DNA of 32,000 nucleotides from Mycobacterium tuberculosis H37Rv (GTDB lineage Bacteria; Actinomycetota; Actinomycetes; Mycobacteriales; Mycobacteriaceae): NCBI RefSeq assembly GCF_000195955.2, contig NC_000962.3, positions 3,030,001 to 3,062,000 of the forward strand, read 5' to 3'. Shown piece by piece: positions 25,852 to 32,000 of this stretch (position 1 is its first letter; each line of letters starts with the position of its first letter). The notes under the pieces were generated by a model. It saw only the letters and a program-made list of their open reading frames with translations, ran no database searches and was not told where the DNA came from. The position numbers and the translations under genes were made by a program.

Positions 25852-26015
25852 AACGCACCGAAACGCCGACCTTCGGCCCGCTTCGTATCCGGTTCTGGGC
25901 CTGCGGCATTTTCGAGGTACAACGGGCACGCTATGGCATTACCACTTCGGCGTCCAAGGCGCTGGTGCGCGGTCTGACCGCGTCGGCGTTCTCGTCGCCG
26001 CGGGCTACCCTGTAG
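25847..26015 (+). pseudogene. Decayed copy of the ephG 3' end
   Basis: TERTETPTFGPLRIRFWACGIFEV aligns with EphG TERTDALIIGPLRVQFWVCGVFEV, then loses frame through deletions and regains ...ATL-stop, as in ephG. It joins the glycosyltransferase remnant at a shared CACCG (25847..25851). Confidence 0.6.
26006..26011 (+). promoter_or_regulatory. Candidate -10 element (TACCCT) for a leaderless transcript of the DUF5313-like ORF
   Basis: A TANNNT hexamer ends 7 nt before the A of the ATG at 26019, the same geometry as at ephG and argA. Confidence 0.3.
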
Positions 26016-26018
26016 CGA

Positions 26019-26423
26019 ATGAGCGACAACGCAATCCGCCCGCGGCCCAACCCGTGGCAGTACATCCGCTATTGCTACGGGGCGCGGCTGCCGGACTCGA
26101 TGCGAGACTGGGTGCGCAACGATCTGGCCGGCAAGGGTGCGGCCATCCGGATGATGATCCGCGTCGCGGTTCCGGCGGTGCTGGTGCTGGCCCCGTTCTG
26201 GCTGATCCCGACGTCGCTGGACGTCCACTTGAGCATGACGTTGCCGATTCTCATCCCGTTCGTGTATTTCTCGCATGCGCTGAACAAGGTATGGCGCCGG
26301 CACATGCTGCGCGTGCACAATCTTGACCCCGAGCTCGTCGACGAGCACGCCCGCCAACGCGACGCCCACATTCACCGGGCGTATATCGAACGCTACGGGC
26401 CACGGCCGGACCCGAACGACTAA
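26019..26423 (+). CDS. DUF5313-like small two-TM membrane protein (134 aa)
   Basis: MSDNAIRPRPNPWQYIRYCYGARLPDSMRDWVRNDLAGKGAAIRMMIRVAVPAVLVLAPFWLIPTSLDVHLSMTLPILIPFVYFSHAL... Third codon positions are overwhelmingly G/C when read codon by codon. The protein is globular/TM-like. The family name is from memory. It lies antisense to the Arg-rich 286-aa track ORF. Confidence 0.7.
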   Translation: MSDNAIRPRPNPWQYIRYCYGARLPDSMRDWVRNDLAGKGAAIRMMIRVAVPAVLVLAPFWLIPTSLDVHLSMTLPILIPFVYFSHALNKVWRRHMLRVHNLDPELVDEHARQRDAHIHRAYIERYGPRPDPND

Positions 26424-27232
26424 CGCCGGGGCAATCCGCCGAGCTCGTCAAACGCCTGCGCCCAAGCGACCAGGCGATCGGTGGCGCCGGCCAACTCCTC
26501 GCGGTAGCGCTGTTGTCCGGGCCCAGCCCCACCCGCGCCGTTCGCCGAGGAAACCAATTGCGCTGCGGCGGTGACCATTTCGTTGTACTGACGGACGCCG
26601 GTGCTCAGCTGCGCGGTAAACGCGTTGATGGTCGGCACCAGATACGACCGCGACGCCGCCGAGCATTGCACGGCCCGCTCCATCGAGACCACCTCGGCCG
26701 CGGTCGCCACCATCGCCGCCGAAGTCTGGTTGGCCGCGGCCGTTAGGTCGCGGATCTCGTCCGCCGGCAACATGGCGCCCCGCTCCATGACACCCAACAG
26801 CGAGAAGAACCCGCGTTCGGAGGCGCCCAGCGCCGACATCGCGGGTCGCGCGGCCGAGCCCGGTGGTGGCAGCCGGCGCACACTTGCGGGCCGCCGCACC
26901 GGCAGTGGCTCCGAGCGCAGCCAGCGGTAGCGAAGCAGCAATAGCGTCGCCGGAATGGCCTGCGTGACCGCAATCGTGCCGGTAATCACCAGCAGCGACG
27001 TAAACCAGCCCCAGGCCGCCAACAGCGCCGTCACCAACCCCCAGAGCAGACAGCCTGCGGTGAATACCAGACCCCAGCGCAATGCACGGCGGCGGCGGCG
27101 CAGCAGCCGGGCACGCGGATCGATGGCGACGCTGATCTTTTGTGCTACCAGGTCGGCCAAATCACCGGCGGTATCCACGCCGCGCTGCAGCAACGAACGC
27201 CACGGCCGGCGCTGACCCGCTTTCACTGCCAT
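26420..27232 (-). CDS. Two-TM membrane protein, third gene of the clgR-pspA operon (Rv2743c-like, 'PspM')
   Basis: Track ORF (TTG at 27250) trimmed to the ATG at 27232 (MAVKAGQRRPW...). TM hairpin WGLVFTAGCLLWGLVTALLAAWGWFTSLLVITGTIAV. It starts 19 nt after the pspA stop. 270 aa. Confidence 0.82.
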   Translation of the reverse strand: MAVKAGQRRPWRSLLQRGVDTAGDLADLVAQKISVAIDPRARLLRRRRRALRWGLVFTAGCLLWGLVTALLAAWGWFTSLLVITGTIAVTQAIPATLLLLRYRWLRSEPLPVRRPASVRRLPPPGSAARPAMSALGASERGFFSLLGVMERGAMLPADEIRDLTAAANQTSAAMVATAAEVVSMERAVQCSAASRSYLVPTINAFTAQLSTGVRQYNEMVTAAAQLVSSANGAGGAGPGQQRYREELAGATDRLVAWAQAFDELGGLPRR

Positions 27233-27250
27233 GCCGAACCGTCTGCCCAA

Positions 27251-28063
27251 CTACTGACCGTAGGGCTGCTCGGCAATAGCCCCGCCAGAAGTCTCGGTGG
27301 CCGGTCTGGGGGTAGCCGTGGTCCCGCCGGCCGGCAACGCTTCACCGCGCATCGATGCGCGGATCTGTTCCAACCGTGAATGACCGGCCATCTGGATCCC
27401 GGCCTGCTCCACCTCGAGCATCCGGCCCTGCACCGAACTCTCGGCAAGTTCAGCCGAACCGATCGCGTTGGCGTAGCGACGCTCGATCTTGTCGCGCACC
27501 TCGTCGAGGCTCGGCGTGTTGCCTGGCGCGGCGAGCTCACTCATCGACCGCAACGATGCGCTGACCTGCTCCTGCATCTTCGCCTGCTCGAGCTGGCTGA
27601 GCAGCTTGGTTCGCTCGGCGATCTTCTGCTGCAGCACCATCGCATTTCGTTCGACGGCCTTCTTGGCCTGAGCTGCGGCGCTAAGCGCCTGGTCATGCAG
27701 CGTCTTGAGGTCTTCGACGCTCTGCTCGGCGGTCACCAGCTGGGCTGCGAACGCCTCGGCGGCGTTGTTGTATTCGGTGGCCTTGGCAGCGTCTCCGGCG
27801 GCGGTGGCCTGGTCGGCCAGCGTCAGGGCTTGGCGCACATTGACCTGAAGCTTTTCGATGTCCGCCAGCTGTCGGTTGAGTCGCATCTCCAATTGACGCT
27901 GGTTACCGATCACTTGCGCCGCCTGTTGAGTCAGCGCTTGGTGGGTGCGCTGTGCTTCCTCAATGGCCTGTTGAATCTGCACCTTGGGGTCGGCATGCTC
28001 GTCGATCTTCGAGCTGAACAGCGCCATGAGGTACTTCCAGGCTTTAACGAACGGATTGGCCAT
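27251..28063 (-). CDS. pspA: PspA/IM30-family envelope-stress protein (35-kDa antigen)
   Basis: 270 aa. [38 protein letters not shown]..., a long coiled coil typical of PspA/Vipp1. GGAG upstream. Confidence 0.95.
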
Positions 28064-28192
28064 CAGTTAGCTCCGCCTTCGCTTCTTGTGTGCGCCAGAT
28101 GGTCTCAGCGCCCTGTCGCTCAATTTATCGGGTCAGCGCGCATTGCCCCACCCATGGCGCGCATCTTGTCGACCCGGACCGACCGGCGACCC

Positions 28193-28531
28193 TTAGGCCA
28201 CCGCCAGCGACACCACCGGCGCAATGACGACCTTGGTGCTGGCGTCAATGGTGGCGCCGGTTGCTCTGCCAGCCGGGGTGGCGCGGGCAAGGCGCTCTTG
28301 ACGCGCCATCCGCTCGCCCGCATCGATGAGCACCACCGACAACGGGAGCTGCAGAGCCGTACAAATCGCACTGAGCAGCTCGCTGGAAGGCTCCTTGCGA
28401 CCGCGCTCGATCTCCGACAGATACCCGAGGCTCACCCGCGCCGAATCGGACACCTCGCGCAGCGTCCGACCCTGCGACATCCGCGCTCCGCGCAGCACGT
28501 CACCAACGACCTCACGCACCAAAGCCGCCAT
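28193..28531 (-). CDS. clgR: ClgR, XRE-family HTH transcriptional activator of clp/psp genes
   Basis: Track ORF 28193..28663 trimmed to the ATG at 28531, with AAGGAG upstream. HTH is [29 protein letters not shown]. 112 aa. Confidence 0.92.
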   Translation of the reverse strand: MAALVREVVGDVLRGARMSQGRTLREVSDSARVSLGYLSEIERGRKEPSSELLSAICTALQLPLSVVLIDAGERMARQERLARATPAGRATGATIDASTKVVIAPVVSLAVA

Positions 28532-28571
28532 CAAAAACTCCTTGTCCACCTCGCAATCGTCATCAGGTGAA

Positions 28572-28582
28572 CGCCGCCGGCG
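28572..28582. promoter_or_regulatory. Candidate ClgR operator core (CGC-N5-GCG) upstream of clgR
   Basis: tgaaCGCcgccgGCGgtg lies 41-51 nt upstream of the clgR ATG. It fits the CGC-N5-GCG core of the actinobacterial ClgR consensus, with mismatches in the flanks. The motif is short and GC-rich, so chance occurrence is likely. Confidence 0.3.
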
Positions 28583-28601
28583 GTGGGGTTGGTTCCCGCA
28601 A

Positions 28602-29231
28602 TCAGCTGGCGGTCTGGCGGATCCCCCCGATGTCCCGCAGAGCCCTGGCCACGTAATCGACACCAGTGATCACGGTGAGCAGGATCGCGGCGGCCATCAC
28701 TACCACCGCCGCAACGTGCAGCGGACCCGAAAGTGGCAACACGAATAAGCCAATTGCCACCGCCTGGACAAAGGTCTTCAGCTTGCCGCCCCAGCTCGCG
28801 GGAATGACACCGCGCCTAATAACCGCCAACCTCAAAACGGTCACTCCGAGTTCGCGGGTCAGGATTAGCACCGTGACCCACCACGGCAAGTCGCCGAGCA
28901 TCGACAATCCGATCAGCGCCGAGCCGATCAGAGTCTTGTCCGCGATCGGATCGACAAACGCACCGAATTCGGTTGCCATCCCGTAATTGCGAGCCAGCAG
29001 GCCGTCGAATCGATCGGTAATGCAGGCGGTTGCAAATATCGCCCACGCCACTACGCGGGCCGCGGAGTGGTGGCCGCCGCCATAGAACAAGGCCAGCAGG
29101 AAGACCGGGACCATCACCAGCCGCAACAGCGTCAGGATATTGGCGAGGTTGGCAATGCGGGCGCGGCCTGCTATCTGACCCGTTTCAGGCTGCGCCGACA
29201 CGGCAACAGAATAACGGGTTGACCTGCTCAT
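28602..29231 (-). CDS. pgsA3: CDP-diacylglycerol-glycerol-3-phosphate 3-phosphatidyltransferase (PGP synthase)
   Basis: 209 aa. CDP-alcohol phosphatidyltransferase motif [27 protein letters not shown]. Multiple TM helices. Confidence 0.93.
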   Translation of the reverse strand: MSRSTRYSVAVSAQPETGQIAGRARIANLANILTLLRLVMVPVFLLALFYGGGHHSAARVVAWAIFATACITDRFDGLLARNYGMATEFGAFVDPIADKTLIGSALIGLSMLGDLPWWVTVLILTRELGVTVLRLAVIRRGVIPASWGGKLKTFVQAVAIGLFVLPLSGPLHVAAVVVMAAAILLTVITGVDYVARALRDIGGIRQTAS

Positions 29232-29248
29232 GCGACCCTTGATGTCGA

Positions 29249-29254
29249 TACTGT
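29249..29254 (+). promoter_or_regulatory. Candidate -10 element (TACTGT) for a leaderless argA transcript
   Basis: A TANNNT hexamer ends 7 nt before the G of the GTG start at 29262. Only 30 nt separate the divergent pgsA3 and argA starts, and there is no SD. Confidence 0.3.
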
Positions 29255-29261
29255 TTCACAC

Positions 29262-29786
29262 GTGACCGAACGTCCACGGGATTGCCGGCCGGTGGTCCGG
29301 CGCGCGCGAACCTCCGATGTGCCCGCGATCAAACAACTCGTCGACACCTATGCCGGAAAGATCTTGCTGGAAAAGAATCTCGTGACACTCTATGAAGCGG
29401 TTCAGGAATTCTGGGTGGCCGAGCACCCGGACCTCTATGGCAAAGTCGTCGGTTGCGGTGCGTTGCACGTGTTGTGGTCGGATCTCGGCGAAATCCGCAC
29501 CGTCGCTGTCGACCCGGCCATGACCGGCCACGGTATCGGCCACGCAATCGTCGATCGGCTACTGCAGGTCGCCCGCGATCTGCAGCTGCAGCGCGTGTTC
29601 GTGTTGACCTTTGAGACCGAGTTCTTCGCCCGGCACGGATTCACCGAGATCGAGGGCACCCCGGTCACCGCCGAGGTGTTCGACGAGATGTGCCGCTCCT
29701 ATGACATCGGGGTCGCCGAATTCCTGGACCTGAGCTACGTCAAGCCCAACATCCTCGGCAACTCCCGGATGCTGCTGGTGCTGTAG
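29262..29786 (+). CDS. argA: Short GNAT-type N-acetylglutamate synthase
   Basis: 174 aa with a GTG start. GNAT acetyl-CoA motif VAVDPAMTGHGIGHAIVDRLL. Confidence 0.9.
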   Translation: MTERPRDCRPVVRRARTSDVPAIKQLVDTYAGKILLEKNLVTLYEAVQEFWVAEHPDLYGKVVGCGALHVLWSDLGEIRTVAVDPAMTGHGIGHAIVDRLLQVARDLQLQRVFVLTFETEFFARHGFTEIEGTPVTAEVFDEMCRSYDIGVAEFLDLSYVKPNILGNSRMLLVL

Positions 29787-29857
29787 CCCGGCGAGCAGAC
29801 GCAAAATCGCCTCATTTCGGCACGAAATGGGCGATTTTGCGTCTGCTCGGCGGGCTA
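29784..29857. terminator. Long bidirectional hairpin between convergent argA and ftsK (34 bp paired, 3-nt loop)
   Basis: The left arm 29784..29819 pairs with the right arm 29823..29857, with one G-G mismatch (29791/29850) and one bulged T (29812). The argA TAG (29784..29786) and the ftsK TAG (complement of 29855..29857) form the basal pairs. Confidence 0.7.
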
Positions 29858-32000
29858 CTCGCCGCCGTCACCCCGGATCGCGGCCAGTGTGCCCGCCAAC
29901 TCGTCGGGCTTGACCAGCACCTCACGGGCCTTCGAGCCTTCGCTGGGCCCGACGATGCCGCGGGTCTCCATCAGGTCCATCAAACGGCCCGCTTTGGCGA
30001 AGCCGACCCGCAGCTTGCGCTGCAGCATCGACGTCGACCCGAACTGGCTGGACACCACCAGTTCCACGGCCTGCAGGAAGACGTCCATGTCGTCGCCGAT
30101 GTCGGGGTCGACGTCGGTGCGCTCCGCGGTGGGTTTAGCCGTGGTGACGCCCTCGGTGTATTCGGGTTCGGCCTGTTCCTTGCAGGCGGTGACGACGGCG
30201 TGGATCTCTTCGTCGGAGACGTAAGCGCCCTGCAGCCGGAGGGGTTTGCTCGCACCCATCGGCAAGAACAGGCCGTCGCCCATGCCGATCAGCTTTTCCG
30301 CGCCCGCCTGGTCCAGGATCACCCGGCTGTCGGTCAGCGACGAGGTGGCAAACGCCAGCCGCGACGGCACGTTGGTCTTGATCAGCCCGGTGACCACGTC
30401 CACCGACGGGCGCTGGGTGGCCAGCACCAGGTGGATGCCGGCGGCGCGGGCTTTCTGGGTGATCCGCACGATGGCGTCCTCGACGTCACGCGGCGCGGTC
30501 ATCATGAGGTCGGCCAACTCGTCGACGATGGCCACCACGTAGGGGTAGGGCCGATACTCGCGCTGGCTGCCCAGCGGCGCGGTGATGGCCCCGGATCGCA
30601 CCTTGTCGTTGAAGTCGTCGATGTGGCGCACCCGGGAGGCCTGCATGTCCTGGTAGCGCTGCTCCATCTCGTCGACCAGCCAGGCCAGCGCGGCCGCGGC
30701 CTTCTTCGGCTGGGTGATGATCGGCGTGATCAGATGCGGAATGCCTTCATACGGCGTCAGTTCCACCATCTTCGGGTCGATCAGGATCATCCTGACCTCT
30801 TCCGGGGTGGCCCGGGTCAACAGCGACACCAGCATGGAGTTGACGAAGCTGGACTTTCCCGAGCCCGTCGAGCCGGCCACCAGCAGGTGCGGCATCTTGG
30901 CCAGGTTGGCCGAGATGAAGTCGCCTTCGATGTCCTTGCCCAGCCCGATCACCAACGGATGATGGTCGCGACGGGTCTCTCGTGCGGTGAGCACGTCGGC
31001 CAACCGCACCATTTCCCGGTCGGTGTTGGGTACCTCGATGCCGACGGCGGACTTGCCGGGGATCGGTGCCAGCATGCGCACGCTCTCGGTAGCCACCGCG
31101 TAGGCGATGTTGCGCTGCAGCGCGGTGATCTTCTCGACCTTGACGCCGGGCCCCAGTTCGACCTCGTAGCGGGTGACGGTGGGCCCGCGGGTGCAGCCCG
31201 TGACGGCCGCGTCGACCTTGAACTGGGTCAGCACCTCACCGATGGCGCCGGCCATGTGGGTGTTGGCCGCACTGCGTTTCTTGGGCGGATCACCGGATAT
31301 CAGCAGGTCCAGCGACGGCAGCGTGTAGGGACCCTCGACGATCCGGTCCAGCACTTGGGTATCTTTGCGGCGGCCGCGTCTTCCGGAGCCCCGACCGGCG
31401 GAGGCTTCCGGTATCGTCGCAGTGTCATCCTGCGGAACCTCGGCCGACGGCCAGGCCGGTGGCCCGTCGTCGGAGCACAGGGGCACCTCGTCGTAGTAAC
31501 CGTCGGAGAAGTCCTGGCGGGCGACTTCGACGGTGTCCGCGTCGTCACCATCGAAGTCCGCGAAGTCCTCGAAGTCGTCGGCGTATTCCCGTGGCAACAG
31601 CCGGGTGCCGAACATGGCGCGCATGGCATCTGGCACCTCTCGGATCGTGATCCCGGCCAGCAGGAGCAATCCGAACAGCGCGCCGATGAATAACAGCGGC
31701 GCGGCGATCCAGGCGGTCAACCCGTCCGAGAGCGGCCCGCCGATCGCGAAACCGATGAACCCCGCGGCGCGCAAACGCGACTCCGGGGCCTCGGGTGAGC
31801 CCGCCCACAGGTGGCACAAGCCGAGAAACGACAAGCCGATCAGGCTGGCGCCGAGGATCAGCCGCGGCCGCGAATCGGGGTTGGGCGACGTACGCATCAG
31901 CACCACGGCCACGGCGGCGGCAACCAGCGGGAGCATGACCACTGCCGACCCGATGAACGTCCGCAACAAGGCGTCGACCCACGCGCCGAGCGGCCGGGCG
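29855..32000 (-). CDS. ftsK: DNA translocase FtsK (3' ~715 codons; the 5' end lies beyond the window)
   Basis: The frame stays open from the track 'start' (an internal TTG at 31969) to the window edge. N-terminal TM helices, an acidic linker, a motor domain with Walker [18 protein letters not shown], and a gamma winged helix [30 protein letters not shown]. Confidence 0.95.
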   Translation of the reverse strand, partial: ARPLGAWVDALLRTFIGSAVVMLPLVAAAVAVVLMRTSPNPDSRPRLILGASLIGLSFLGLCHLWAGSPEAPESRLRAAGFIGFAIGGPLSDGLTAWIAAPLLFIGALFGLLLLAGITIREVPDAMRAMFGTRLLPREYADDFEDFADFDGDDADTVEVARQDFSDGYYDEVPLCSDDGPPAWPSAEVPQDDTATIPEASAGRGSGRRGRRKDTQVLDRIVEGPYTLPSLDLLISGDPPKKRSAANTHMAGAIGEVLTQFKVDAAVTGCTRGPTVTRYEVELGPGVKVEKITALQRNIAYAVATESVRMLAPIPGKSAVGIEVPNTDREMVRLADVLTARETRRDHHPLVIGLGKDIEGDFISANLAKMPHLLVAGSTGSGKSSFVNSMLVSLLTRATPEEVRMILIDPKMVELTPYEGIPHLITPIITQPKKAAAALAWLVDEMEQRYQDMQASRVRHIDDFNDKVRSGAITAPLGSQREYRPYPYVVAIVDELADLMMTAPRDVEDAIVRITQKARAAGIHLVLATQRPSVDVVTGLIKTNVPSRLAFATSSLTDSRVILDQAGAEKLIGMGDGLFLPMGASKPLRLQGAYVSDEEIHAVVTACKEQAEPEYTEGVTTAKPTAERTDVDPDIGDDMDVFLQAVELVVSSQFGSTSMLQRKLRVGFAKAGRLMDLMETRGIVGPSEGSKAREVLVKPDELAGTLAAIRGDGGE

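Noticed and set aside
25515-26375. The 286-aa Arg-rich ORF as a straightforward protein-coding gene (Rv2742c-type annotation).
   Set aside because: It is not accepted as a clean CDS. Only the last ~45 aa are in frame with DUF3046 homology. The rest is out of frame or antisense to remnants and to a better ORF, in the frame relation that typically creates shadow ORFs. It is not fully dismissed, because I recall the literature treating it as part of the psp operon; see the finding.
31969-32000. The track start of ftsK at 31969.
   Set aside because: That codon is an internal TTG. The frame remains open to the window edge (…[15 protein letters not shown]…), and FtsK proteins have additional N-terminal TM helices, so the gene is reported as 5'-truncated by the window.

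Overview
The window reads as a Mycobacterium tuberculosis complex chromosome segment: high GC, a PE_PGRS gene and an intein-interrupted recA. It appears colinear with what I recall as Rv2717c to Rv2748c of H37Rv. All family calls come from reading the translated ORFs and from memory; no searches were run.

Gene order: nitrobindin-like gene (partial), nrdR, chiZ, lexA, an LGFP-repeat membrane protein, a TerC-family protein, fadE20, hflX, dapF, miaA, two conserved unknowns, a DUF349 protein, a small membrane protein, miaB, a DUF5131/TcmP-like pair, recX, recA (with the PI-MtuI intein), a FhuF-like fragment, a DUF3046 gene, a GT1 glycosyltransferase, ephG, PE_PGRS47, decayed duplicate fragments, a DUF5313-like ORF, the clgR-pspA-Rv2743c stress operon, pgsA3, argA and ftsK (partial). 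I saw no rRNA, tRNA, CRISPR array or IS element.

Most of the window is core housekeeping and DNA-damage-response DNA. The strongest lead is a lower-GC two-gene cassette at 16.8-18.5 kb. It encodes a three-Cys phage Gp37/Gp68-type protein and its TcmP-like partner, neither with an assigned function. One gene has a RecA-NDp/PafBC-type promoter motif; the other starts 9 nt after the recX stop codon.

Other leads:
- A decayed segmental duplication flanking PE_PGRS47, with a microhomology deletion junction.
- A strand conflict between an Arg-rich Rv2742c-type ORF and a better-looking DUF5313-like ORF.
- A truncated FhuF-like gene abutting the recA promoter.
- Two unusually long perfect or near-perfect hairpins at gene ends.
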